The notes under the pieces were generated by a model. That model was not told the origin of the DNA and made no database searches. It saw nothing but the letters and a program-made list of their open reading frames with translations. DNA of 64,000 nt from Candidatus Peribacteria bacterium (lineage in GTDB: Bacteria > Patescibacteriota > Gracilibacteria > Peribacterales > Peribacteraceae): positions 18,436 to 82,435 of the forward strand of contig CP082927.1 of assembly GCA_023038255.1 (NCBI GenBank). Direction: 5' to 3'. Within the stretch, counting starts at the first letter, position 1; the number at the start of each line of letters is the position of its first letter. Of this stretch, positions 26,653 to 35,371 are shown in pieces. Position numbers and translations under genes: made by a program.

Positions 26653-26901
26653 AATTTCCTCCTTGTCGGATAATAAAGAGAACACACTGTCCTCTCCCAG
26701 CACTGCACTCTTTCTAAAAAAGCGCGATGCAGGAAGGAGACCTACGGGGTTTTGAAGGATCGCGCGACACTATGGTATTGGTCAAAGGAGTTGTCAATTT
26801 TATGTGTCATACCCTGCTTTTGGGTACGTAAAATCAGACTCTGACAGCAATAGGCCGCCAGAGTCCTGAAGGGAAAAGGTGGAAACGCTCTTTTTCGTCA
26901 G

Positions 26902-27381
26902 TTACGTAAGGACCAGCTCATATTCTGATTCAGGTTCTAAAATATCCTCCGGAGTATCTGTATGTTTGGCATTCCAGATCTTCATTTCGCAAAAACCTTC
27001 TGATCGCAGTACGCAATATGCTGTATGCAGAGGATCTTCATCACCCATTTGGCTATGAAACCCTGCAATACAAACGTGCCAGTCGTACAGCGTCTCAAGA
27101 CGCCTTTTGATGGAGAAACTGATTTCGCCATCAAGCAGAAAGATGTGCTCTGCATTACAGCTGTAGGACATCTTGGGAATGCTGCATGTGATCGCGTTGC
27201 TCCGCTCCTGCAGCCTGTCTATTGGCATGCACCGTCGGACGGCCTCCAGGAAATGACGGATGGCATTCGTCGTACTGACTCCTTTCGTAAAAATAAGTTC
27301 CCATGCCATAATGATCATACACAGATCATCCGTAGTGAATTCCAGACGTGTTCTCAATTCTCCAGCTCCTTTGCAGGTCAT
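26902..27381 (-). CDS. hypothetical protein
   Basis: 159-aa ORF with an upstream TTGACA-16-TACTAT promoter at 27478-27505. No recognisable motif. Confidence 0.45.
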   Translation of the reverse strand: MTCKGAGELRTRLEFTTDDLCMIIMAWELIFTKGVSTTNAIRHFLEAVRRCMPIDRLQERSNAITCSIPKMSYSCNAEHIFLLDGEISFSIKRRLETLYDWHVCIAGFHSQMGDEDPLHTAYCVLRSEGFCEMKIWNAKHTDTPEDILEPESEYELVLT

Positions 27382-27514
27382 GAAAATAAAAGAGAGTGAC
27401 CTCTCCTCCCAGCGCCACCCTCAAGAGTGAGCACAACGCAGGAAGCAGATAGCGGCGATAGCAAAGAGCGGGGCCCTATAGTAAAAAGTGAGGGATATTT
27501 GTCAATCATTTTAG

Positions 27515-27589
27515 TGGAGCCGCTTGTCGGATTTGAACCGACGACCTACTCATTACAAGTGAGTTGCTCTACCACTGAGCTAAAGCGGC
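27515..27589 (-). tRNA. tRNA-Thr (anticodon UGU), CCA encoded
   Basis: Cloverleaf folded by hand: acceptor GCCGCUU/AAGCGGC, anticodon loop CUUGUAA, T-loop UUCAAAU. Confidence 0.9.
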
Positions 27590-27739
27590 GTACTTACGGA
27601 TTTTACCCTATTACTCATACCCGACCGAGTTACATTGTTTCCTGACGCCTCACTATGTGAGGCTGGGCACTGAGCTAAAGCGGCGAACTTAGGAACTCGG
27701 GCACTTTACATTTGCTGAGGCAAAATCCCAAGCCTTTTA

Positions 27740-27768
27740 TTGTCAAATTCAGGCATTTCCGGCATAAT
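27740..27768 (+). promoter_or_regulatory. promoter TTGTCA-17-CATAAT for rnpB
   Basis: -35 at 27740-27745 and -10 at 27763-27768. Confidence 0.5.
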
Positions 27769-27771
27769 AGG

Positions 27772-28147
27772 GTTCTGCTCTTTGATGATCGCCCCAATCC
27801 AGCCTCGGCTGAGATTGTGGGAGGAACGTCCGGACTCCACTGAAACGCCATGCGGCTAACGGCCGTCGCCTCGATATAATCCATAAAATCGGGGTAGGAC
27901 AAGTGCCACAGAGACGATCCCCTTTAGTGGGGAGTGAAACGCCACGGAGTACCGTGGATTGTGCAACACACGTGTATGCATAATCGGTAAACTCATGGTG
28001 GAGCAAGGAGGAATTGGGTTTTTGGAATCAGTGATGGTTTCGTCACTCCATCTACCCCTCCGCATCGAGGTATCCAGGCAACTGGTACCCCAGAGAGATG
28101 ATCATCCACTCGCAAGAGTGACAGAATCCGGCGTACAAGAGCAGGAT
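27772..28147 (+). ncRNA. rnpB: RNase P RNA, bacterial type
   Basis: Conserved GAGGAACGUCCGGACUCC, AAGUGCCACAGAGACGA and ACAGAAUCCGGCGUACAAG. P1 pairing of 27772-27782 with 28137-28147. Confidence 0.85.
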
Positions 28148-28153
28148 AAAGCA

Positions 28154-28176
28154 GCCACGCTTAGCGTGGCTTTTTT
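28154..28176 (+). terminator. intrinsic terminator after rnpB
   Basis: GCCACGC-TTA-GCGTGGC followed by T6. Confidence 0.7.
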
Positions 28177-28195
28177 GTGTATACTCTCCATAACT

Positions 28196-29590
28196 ATGAA
28201 AAAGTCCGAGGCCCTCTTCGGCTTGGCGCGTATTCCATTGGATGCGCTTGCTGTCTGTGCAGCGCTGCTTTTGAGCTACCGCCTGCGTGAGGCGAATATC
28301 GATCTCGTGCCGTCGGTCCAGTTGCTCGACACAGCATCCACGCTGCCCGAGTTCTGGTGGTACGTCCGCGGCTTTATCCTTCCGAGCGTCGCGGTCTACG
28401 TTGGCATTGCCACTATGGTTGGGCTGTATGCATTGCAGTCGACGCGTAGTGCGTGGAATGAAGTGGCACGTATATTGCTTGTCACCCTTCTCTGGCTGGT
28501 CCTGGTAATGGCGTGGTTTTTCCTTGTCCGCAGGCAGTTGTTTTTTTCCCGTATCCTGCTGCTGCACTCGCTGTTCTTCATGACATTCTTCGCCATCCTC
28601 GGACGTGCGAGTGTGACGGTGTTGCAGCGGTCGCTTCTGCGGTCGGGAATTGGGGTGCGGTATGTGGTCTCAGTTGGGAAGCAGAAACTGGCAGACAGTG
28701 CGCGCAGGACTCTTGCACGGGATGCGCGGTATGCGTATTTGGGACACGTGACGAATCTGGATGCCATCATGAAACTCAGCAGCAAACAGAATCTGGATCT
28801 TGTACTTCAGACAGATCCCAACCCTGAAAGTGATACCACCCTTCTGCTCATCGACTTCTGTCGCAGCCACCATATCGGCTACGCATTCCTGCCGCCGGTC
28901 TTTGCGGATGTCCCGCATCAGCTTGTGGTTGAACGCTTGGGATTACTCCCCATGATCCGCTTCCGCCCCACGCCGCTGGATGGATGGGGACGTATTTTCA
29001 AGCGCACATTCGACATCATCATCAGCCTGATTCTCCTTGTCCTGCTCTCCCCCGTTTTTCTGATTGTCACGCTCGCCATTCTCATCGATTCCGGTCGGCC
29101 CATTTTCTACGTGTCGAAACGTGTGGGCGAAGAGGGAAAGAAAAAAATAGGCGTGCTCAAGTTCCGTTCGATGATTCCCGATGCTGACAAGCGCAAGCAG
29201 GAACTCATCGATAAAAATCACCGCAAGGACGGTCCGCTCTTCAAAATCAAAAATGATCCGCGTGTGACCCGTGTAGGCGCGTTTCTCCGCCGCTGGTCCA
29301 TTGATGAGTTCCCGCAGCTTCTGAACGTTCTGGGGGGCTCTGTGTCCCTTGTAGGGCCACGTCCGCATCTGCCCGAGGAGGTCAAACTCTATAGCTCATA
29401 TCAGCGCCGTGTGTTCGCTGTTCGCCCGGGTGCCACAGGGCTTGCACAGATCTCCGGTCGCTCAGACCTGAAGTTTGACGAGGAAGTCGCGCTGGATCTG
29501 AAGTATGTGGAGGAGTGGACGCTCTGGTTGGATTTGTGGATTTTGTGGAGGACGGTGGTGGTAGTGTGTTCGAGGAAAGGGGCGGATTAG
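28196..29590 (+). CDS. polyprenyl-phosphate sugar phosphotransferase (WbaP/bacterial sugar transferase family)
   Basis: [20 protein letters not shown]...VLKFRSM...[21 protein letters not shown]. Start moved to ATG 28196, downstream of rnpB. Confidence 0.85.
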   Translation: MKKSEALFGLARIPLDALAVCAALLLSYRLREANIDLVPSVQLLDTASTLPEFWWYVRGFILPSVAVYVGIATMVGLYALQSTRSAWNEVARILLVTLLWLVLVMAWFFLVRRQLFFSRILLLHSLFFMTFFAILGRASVTVLQRSLLRSGIGVRYVVSVGKQKLADSARRTLARDARYAYLGHVTNLDAIMKLSSKQNLDLVLQTDPNPESDTTLLLIDFCRSHHIGYAFLPPVFADVPHQLVVERLGLLPMIRFRPTPLDGWGRIFKRTFDIIISLILLVLLSPVFLIVTLAILIDSGRPIFYVSKRVGEEGKKKIGVLKFRSMIPDADKRKQELIDKNHRKDGPLFKIKNDPRVTRVGAFLRRWSIDEFPQLLNVLGGSVSLVGPRPHLPEEVKLYSSYQRRVFAVRPGATGLAQISGRSDLKFDEEVALDLKYVEEWTLWLDLWILWRTVVVVCSRKGAD

Positions 29591-29860
29591 AAGTGTCACA
29601 CTGCTTGCCGGCCGTAGCTTTTAGCGAAGGCTGGAGGACGCTCGAAGTGTGATGTATGTGGTTGTTCTGTTTTTGTATTGTTTGCCCTTCGGGGTCGTTC
29701 TTTCTTGTCTGCCCGACAAGAAAGAACCAAAGAAACGCACCGGCACCAAACGCCTCTCCACCTGCCGCAACACCCCTCGTTGGTGCCGGGAGCCACCCCT
29801 TGTACCTCTTAGACCATGACGTCTGTCAGTCTTTATTTCTGAAAGCTGAAAGCTTCCCTT

Positions 29861-29886
29861 AATCTCATTCCTCATTCCTCAATCTT
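29861..29886. repeat. heptamer array AATCTCA TTCCTCA TTCCTCA ATCTT, left arm of an inverted repeat
   Basis: 29868-29885 is the exact reverse complement of 30252-30269. Confidence 0.85.
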
Positions 29887-29903
29887 TTGCTACCATTTAT
29901 CCA

Positions 29904-30239
29904 ATGAAGAACCTCGATCGCATCGTCGCCGGCGTCTGCGGACTTATTCTCCTGATTGTTGCTGTGCAGAGCCTGTTCCCGCGCGCCTATGTACCGGCTC
30001 CGCCACCACCTCCGCAGGAGATTGGTACCTGTACGGGTGAGCCCATCCTCGTGGACTTTGCATTCACAGGGGGCGTGAACGAGCCGTGGACCTGCCGCGA
30101 ACAGTGCGACGACAATGAGCCGCGCTATATTCTGTATACGAACGGTCGCGCAACACAGTGTGAAACGCCGCCGGGATGTAATGACACGGGGGAGGACAAC
30201 AATATCACCTGCGTGCCGCCGGTGAAATCGGTGGAGTAA
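29904..30239 (+). CDS. small exported Cys-rich protein
   Basis: 111 aa, N-terminal hydrophobic helix, PPPPP linker, 7 Cys in the mature part. Confidence 0.5.
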   Translation: MKNLDRIVAGVCGLILLIVAVQSLFPRAYVPAPPPPPQEIGTCTGEPILVDFAFTGGVNEPWTCREQCDDNEPRYILYTNGRATQCETPPGCNDTGEDNNITCVPPVKSVE

Positions 30240-30247
30240 GCGACAGG

Positions 30248-30270
30248 GTTGAGATTGAGGAATGAGGAAC
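30248..30270. repeat. right arm of the inverted repeat (GAGATTGAGGAATGAGGAAC)
   Basis: See 29861-29886. Confidence 0.85.
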
Positions 30271-30285
30271 TGTTATAGTGGTTGC

Positions 30286-30693
30286 ATGAGTATGCGACGA
30301 CTATCGATTCTATTGGCAGTTTTATGTGGAGGTTTATTCCTGATTTTTGCTGTCTTTACATGGCCTGTGTGGGGATCGATGATTCAGGATTACAGTACCA
30401 GAGTAGCTTTTAGCGAGTCTGATTGGCTCGCCGGTGTTGATGGGAGAGCTGCGAATCCAAAGCGGACACAAATGGTTGATAGCCTGCTTCAGACTGTTGA
30501 TTTTCATGGCAGAACGAAAACAGAAGTTATTGCCATACTCGGCGATCCGACACCGGCGGATTATTTTTCAGAGTATGATTTAGTCTACTGGCTCGGGCCG
30601 GAGCGAGGATTTTTGAGTATTGATGATGAATGGCTGGTATTCACGCTCGATAATTCTGCGAAGGTGTCTGACTACAGGGTCATCACTGATTAG
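30286..30693 (+). CDS. membrane-anchored hypothetical protein
   Basis: MSMRRLSILLAVLCGGLFLIFAVF anchor. Start is uncertain (30262, 30286 or 30292). Confidence 0.45.
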   Translation: MSMRRLSILLAVLCGGLFLIFAVFTWPVWGSMIQDYSTRVAFSESDWLAGVDGRAANPKRTQMVDSLLQTVDFHGRTKTEVIAILGDPTPADYFSEYDLVYWLGPERGFLSIDDEWLVFTLDNSAKVSDYRVITD

Positions 30694-32975
30694 AACAACT
30701 TCAACTGATCCGGCTCCTTTTTCGCGGGAGCTTCATCCGCCTGCACATCATCGCTTTCGCCAAACTGTGCCAGATACGCAATCACGCGTTTGCCGTAGCC
30801 TTTTTCCTTGAGCCTTTTATCCAGCACCATCATCTCCCCGCCATCAACGCGCTGCCTGCAGAACATACGCAGTAACCGGAAGCCACGGCACTCCACCCTC
30901 GGCAGTGCGTAGCCTTCGAAGGAATTACGGTGGTGGTCTTTGCGCTTGCCGAAGACCGGGTGGTTTGGGTGATCAAATGGGAGTGCCTCCAGAATCAGGC
31001 GGTCGACGGAGTTCTGCGGGAGCTCGGAGCCTTCGTACATCCACGGCGTGAGGATCATGATGGTGGTGCCTTCGCTCGTGAGGAATTCTGACTCCATACG
31101 GTTCTGTCCGCCGGAGAGGCCCTGGCAGATCAGTGTCACGTTTTTCTGTTCGAGGTTCTGCGTGTGGTCAATGTAGAGCTGCTCGATGGTGCGCTTGCTG
31201 CCGGCAAGGATAATAGTTTTTCCGGGGAGAGGATCTTTCAGGAACGTTGCCGATGTCATGTCATCCGGGAAAGACACAGTGACAGGACAGGGTGTGCGCC
31301 GGTCATCAATGGTGGAAAGTACGGGGCGCTTCGGGGGCACCACTTCCACGACAGACTCGGTACAGCCGCGCGGGACAAGGAGTGTTGTGGCGTAGACGTC
31401 GTACAAATACCGGTCGAGGAAACGGTCGACGTATTCGGGCGCGGCGTTCAGGTACAGACTTCCGTTGATGCGGCTTTCGGCCCAGACAATGTTCTCGCTC
31501 AGAAGAGAGGGCTCCAGCAGGGCAGCGAGTTCGAGGAGCATCTGGCGGGTTTTTTCGGGGAGATCTGTGCCCGACAGGATGTCCCCTACCTGTGCGCGGA
31601 GGCCTTTGGTTTCGGGGGTGTCGAGATCGCCTTTGGTGATGAAGTGCACGTCTCCACCCTGGCGGATTTTTTCCACCCAGATACTCAGCAGATCCGTGAG
31701 GCTGGTGAGCATCTCATCTCCGGATGATGCGGCGCGCAGATTGTCGATGCTGCATTCATGCCCGAAGGCCTTCGTGGCGGTGTCCTCCAGCATGGAGGCA
31801 TCATCAATAATAATGTGTGCATCTTTGGTGAGGGCGCTATGCGCGGCATGTCCCGCATCAGCTAGGAACGCAAGGAGCTGACGGTGGTCCAGCAGGAACA
31901 CGCTGGAGGATGTTTTAAACTGTGACGTATATGCATCCGCCTGTTCGGTGCAGGCAAGCTTGCCGTACCAGATGTCTTTTTCCACTCCGTGCAGGGAAAA
32001 GTCATTGCGTGTGCGTGGCTTGAACCAGCGCAGTTTCATGGCGAGCAGTGCCTCGTCCGATGTCATGGATGTCTGCGCGAGCAGGGCGGTTTCTGCATCG
32101 GGGTTGAGGAGCAGATGTGCGGGGTGGATGACGGTGACATGGTCCGGAATATGCAGGCGGCTCAGTTGTGCTTCCAGATTCTTGACCGCAATCCACGTTG
32201 TCCCGTCGCTCTCCGCAGCACCATTGATGATCTCCTGGAGCCCGTCCGGATGGAGGCCTTCTTCATACAATTGCACGGTTCCTACCGCAGGTTTCACAAC
32301 TGTCACTTTCCGCTCCCCGATCGCCGCTCCCTGATCTCCAGCTAGTGGTGCAATCCACGATGCTCCTGCACCTCCTTCCTGCGGCAGCGCATCGAAGAGT
32401 CGAGCGTACCCGGAACCCGTTCGTCCGAGCATGTCTTTTGCAAAGGCCAGTTCCTCTGCATTCAATTCCAGCAGTCTCTCCCAGATTTTTCCGAGCAGTT
32501 CGAGTGTGGCGCGGACATCGCCGAGTGCTCTGTGCGCAGGTGCATGATTCAGCTTGAGCGTCGCGCTCATGTACGCCAGTGAGTAGCTCCGGAACTCCGG
32601 AAACACGAGCGATGCGAGCATTGAGGTATCAATCCACGGGCGACTACTCAGATCAATCCCCTCACCGCGGATCATCCCGATATCAAAGCCAAGGTTTTGT
32701 CCCACGAGCAATGTATCTTCCCCAATATGTCCGCGGATCTCCTCCAGTTTTTCCTCAAAGCGCGGCTTGTCTTTTATATCCTCCGGGAAAATACGCGTGA
32801 GGATCTGAATGTGTGCTGGGATTTCTTCTGTCACGCTCAGCAGTTGCTCAAACGTATCTGTCACCTGACCGTCTCTTGCCTGCATGGATGCAAATTCAAT
32901 GACATGATGCACTTTCGGCACGAAGCCGGTTGTTTCTGTGTCGAGGACGGTAAAGGGGAAGGGGGGCAGTTTCAT
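30690..32975 (-). CDS. dinG: DinG-family protein: N-terminal DEDDh 3'-5' exonuclease plus a helicase-like body with degenerate ATPase motifs
   Basis: FTVLDTETTGF and HRALGDV exonuclease motifs. C-terminal ILTPWMYEGSELP...LEALPFDHPNHP matches DinG. No GxGKT; DEAH replaced by DDAS. Confidence 0.7.
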   Translation of the reverse strand: MKLPPFPFTVLDTETTGFVPKVHHVIEFASMQARDGQVTDTFEQLLSVTEEIPAHIQILTRIFPEDIKDKPRFEEKLEEIRGHIGEDTLLVGQNLGFDIGMIRGEGIDLSSRPWIDTSMLASLVFPEFRSYSLAYMSATLKLNHAPAHRALGDVRATLELLGKIWERLLELNAEELAFAKDMLGRTGSGYARLFDALPQEGGAGASWIAPLAGDQGAAIGERKVTVVKPAVGTVQLYEEGLHPDGLQEIINGAAESDGTTWIAVKNLEAQLSRLHIPDHVTVIHPAHLLLNPDAETALLAQTSMTSDEALLAMKLRWFKPRTRNDFSLHGVEKDIWYGKLACTEQADAYTSQFKTSSSVFLLDHRQLLAFLADAGHAAHSALTKDAHIIIDDASMLEDTATKAFGHECSIDNLRAASSGDEMLTSLTDLLSIWVEKIRQGGDVHFITKGDLDTPETKGLRAQVGDILSGTDLPEKTRQMLLELAALLEPSLLSENIVWAESRINGSLYLNAAPEYVDRFLDRYLYDVYATTLLVPRGCTESVVEVVPPKRPVLSTIDDRRTPCPVTVSFPDDMTSATFLKDPLPGKTIILAGSKRTIEQLYIDHTQNLEQKNVTLICQGLSGGQNRMESEFLTSEGTTIMILTPWMYEGSELPQNSVDRLILEALPFDHPNHPVFGKRKDHHRNSFEGYALPRVECRGFRLLRMFCRQRVDGGEMMVLDKRLKEKGYGKRVIAYLAQFGESDDVQADEAPAKKEPDQLKLF

Positions 32976-32996
32976 GGAGGGAGGATAGCAGATAAT

Positions 32997-33072
32997 GGTT
33001 ATGGGAAATCAGTTATGGGTTATGGGAACCTATAAGAGACCCCATAACCCATATTCCCATAACTCATAACCC
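32997..33072. repeat. palindromic pair of heptamer arrays forming a long hairpin
   Basis: Perfect 12-bp core ATGGGTTATGGG (33015-33026) / CCCATAACCCAT (33041-33052), plus imperfect outer pairing. Confidence 0.8.
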
Positions 33073-33077
33073 GTTCA

Positions 33078-34352
33078 TTACGCAGCCACAGCTCCTTCCC
33101 CTGCCATCGGCTGATCGCTGTCCGGAGTCAGAGATGCCGCTTCCCCGGTGGCAACGTCTGCCGCGGGGACAACCTCAATCTTCTCCTGCAGTTCTTCAAT
33201 TGCTTCTGCGTTGGTCTCTTCAACCGTGTCCGACTGCATCATTTCTGTGCCGTCGCGGAGGGACGAGAGCTTGGCCTTGAACGCAGGCAGCTCTTCGTAG
33301 TTATACATGTCGAGTTCGAAGCCTGTCAGGTCCGTTGCGAGTCTGATGTTCTGGCCTTTCTTTCCGATCGCCATCGGGCGCTGTGCTTCTTCGACGAACA
33401 CGGCTGCACGCTTTTTGATGCGGCGGCCCTGGTCATCCACCTGCTCGGTTCCGTTCACAATAATCACGGCGGAAATGGCAGCGGGCTGAAGAGCAGTGGA
33501 AATCAGTTTGATGGCGTCCTCGCTCCACTCAAGCATGTCGACGCGCTCACCATTGATCTCTTCCATCACCGCCTGAATACGCACACCTTTCTGTCCGACA
33601 CAGGCGCCGATCGGGTCGATGCGCGGGTCCTTGGAGCTGACGGCGACCTTGCTGCGGAATCCGGCATCGCGGGCAATACCGCGGATTTCGACATCACCAT
33701 TGCGGACTTCCGGAATTTCGAGTTCAAGCAGTTTCTTCACAAGCAGCGCATGGGTGCGGCTGATTTTGAGCTGTGGTCCTTTGCCGGTCATTTCGACTTT
33801 CTCCAGGAACACGCGGATGCGCTTACCGGTGTAGTAGTGTTCGCCGGGGATCTGCTCACGCCATGGGAGCGAGACGGTCATGCCTTCAATTTCGAGCGTC
33901 ACCCAGTTCGGGTCGACCTTCGTGACAGTTGCTGTCAGGAGTTCGCTTTCGCGGTCCTTGAACTTTTCAAACAAGCTCATGCGCTCTGCTTCCTGGAGTT
34001 TCTGGAGGATCACCTGCTTGGCAGCCTGCGCAGCAATGCGTCCGTACTCTGCGGGCGTCACATCAATCTCCACTTCGTCACCAACCTCAACATCGCGCTT
34101 GATGCGCTTGGCATCGTCAAACTTCATTTCAAAGTTCTCGTTTTCCACTTCCTCCACGACTTCTTTGATGAGCAGAATGCGCGGCATCTCCGCACCTTCG
34201 TCGAGCTCGACGCGGATTTCCATTTCTTTGTTACCGTAGTCCTTGCGGTATGCGGTAGCGATAGCCTGTTTGACGGCTTCGATGACCTGCTCCGGAGAGA
34301 CATTTTTCTCGGAACAAATCTGATTGATAGCGGCGATGAATGATGCGCGCAT
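33078..34352 (-). CDS. nusA: transcription termination/antitermination factor NusA
   Basis: N-terminal FIAAINQICSEKNVSPEQVIEAVKQAIATAYRK, then S1 and KH regions. Start moved to ATG 34352. Confidence 0.9.
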   Translation of the reverse strand: MRASFIAAINQICSEKNVSPEQVIEAVKQAIATAYRKDYGNKEMEIRVELDEGAEMPRILLIKEVVEEVENENFEMKFDDAKRIKRDVEVGDEVEIDVTPAEYGRIAAQAAKQVILQKLQEAERMSLFEKFKDRESELLTATVTKVDPNWVTLEIEGMTVSLPWREQIPGEHYYTGKRIRVFLEKVEMTGKGPQLKISRTHALLVKKLLELEIPEVRNGDVEIRGIARDAGFRSKVAVSSKDPRIDPIGACVGQKGVRIQAVMEEINGERVDMLEWSEDAIKLISTALQPAAISAVIIVNGTEQVDDQGRRIKKRAAVFVEEAQRPMAIGKKGQNIRLATDLTGFELDMYNYEELPAFKAKLSSLRDGTEMMQSDTVEETNAEAIEELQEKIEVVPAADVATGEAASLTPDSDQPMAGEGAVAA

Positions 34353-34388
34353 AGGATGAGGGGTTAAGATTGAGGGATGCGGGTTGGT
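34353..34388. repeat. heptamer-like array GGATGAG GGGTTAA GATTGAG GGATGCG GGTTGGT abutting the nusA start
   Basis: Read directly. Mixes both heptamer flavours. Confidence 0.6.
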
Positions 34389-34498
34389 CACACTGAGCGG
34401 AGCCGAAGTGTGCGGCAAAACCACCATTCCGATGCTACGGAATAGTGTGAATTACTGAAACCATAGCTAGTATAGCCAAATTGACATGCAGCGCAAGG

Positions 34499-35371
34499 TT
34501 ATTCGCGGCTGCTCAGGCCCTTCAAAAACGCCCGGTAATGCCGTCCCCGCATGGTCGGCGTCAGGGCAATTAGCCTGTATGCAAGCAGTTTCAGCCCGGT
34601 TGGCATCCGTCCCAGTTCCGGATAATCCGCGGTTAAGAGTGTGAGGGATGTGCCGAGTGTTTCCATACGTTTGAGAGAATCACCCAGTTCGATGTGATGA
34701 TGATGCAGCGCCGTCGCATCGCGTTCGTAGAAGAGCGGAATCTCTGCGTCACGCAGCTGCTTGCCCCAGAGAATATCTTCCCAGCCGTAGAGTGTTGCGT
34801 CTTCGTTGAACGGGAATTTTTTCGCAATGGCAGTCGGTACACTGATGTTGCTGGTGTAGGTGAAACGCTCCTGCATTTCTGCCGGAATCAGCATGCCTGC
34901 GTATTTTTTGATGATCGGGTACCCGAACTGCCAGCCTGTTTTTTCGAGCCAGCGCATCACGCTATTAATGCCGCATGCCGGGTCCCATGTCGTGAATCCA
35001 AGTACGGCAATGGGGCGCGGGTTGAGCGTTGAGGCCTGTGTCTGCATCCGCAGATGTTTCTCGCACGCATCCGGCGCCAGAAAAATATCATCACCAATAA
35101 AAAGGACATACGGGGCAGTCGCCTTCTCCACTCCACGGTTGCGCGCGACTCCCTGTTGCGATTTTGGAATGGCAAAATACTGGATGGACAGGTCATGCGT
35201 TGACGGGTTCAGCATGACACGGGTCTCTTCGTCGTCTTCACCGTCGTGGACGACAATCACTTCAAGCTGATTTGTGATGGTCTGTTTCGCCAGTGCCTGC
35301 AGACATTTCTCCAAAATGACCGCCCGTTTGTGTGTGGGGATGATGACCGAGAGGATCGGCTGGTTCGGCAT
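34499..35371 (-). CDS. family 2 glycosyltransferase
   Basis: LSVIIPTHKRAVILEKCLQAL...FIGDDIF. ATG 35371 is preceded by TACAAT with a 6-nt gap. Confidence 0.8.
   Translation of the reverse strand: MPNQPILSVIIPTHKRAVILEKCLQALAKQTITNQLEVIVVHDGEDDEETRVMLNPSTHDLSIQYFAIPKSQQGVARNRGVEKATAPYVLFIGDDIFLAPDACEKHLRMQTQASTLNPRPIAVLGFTTWDPACGINSVMRWLEKTGWQFGYPIIKKYAGMLIPAEMQERFTYTSNISVPTAIAKKFPFNEDATLYGWEDILWGKQLRDAEIPLFYERDATALHHHHIELGDSLKRMETLGTSLTLLTADYPELGRMPTGLKLLAYRLIALTPTMRGRHYRAFLKGLSSRE

Noticed and set aside
27431-27448. GGAAGCAG motif as a possible SRP RNA helix 8
   Set aside because: No preceding GNAR tetraloop or complementary strand is present. The motif is the complement of a block conserved in the minus-strand leaders of the two orphan genes.
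27427-27645. 72-aa ORF covering tRNA-Thr
   Set aside because: It reads through the complement of a canonical tRNA gene and is not coding.
27959-28195. N-terminal 79 codons of ORF 27959..29590
   Set aside because: They overlap the RNase P RNA and its terminator. The sugar transferase starts at ATG 28196, after a TATACT box.
29614-30416. 14-nt direct repeat GTAGCTTTTAGCGA (29614-29627 and 30403-30416) around the IR-flanked cassette
   Set aside because: A single 14-mer match within 1 kb is not clearly beyond chance for a 64-kb window (my rough estimate is about 0.2 expected). The second copy also lies inside a CDS. It is noted only as a possible clue.
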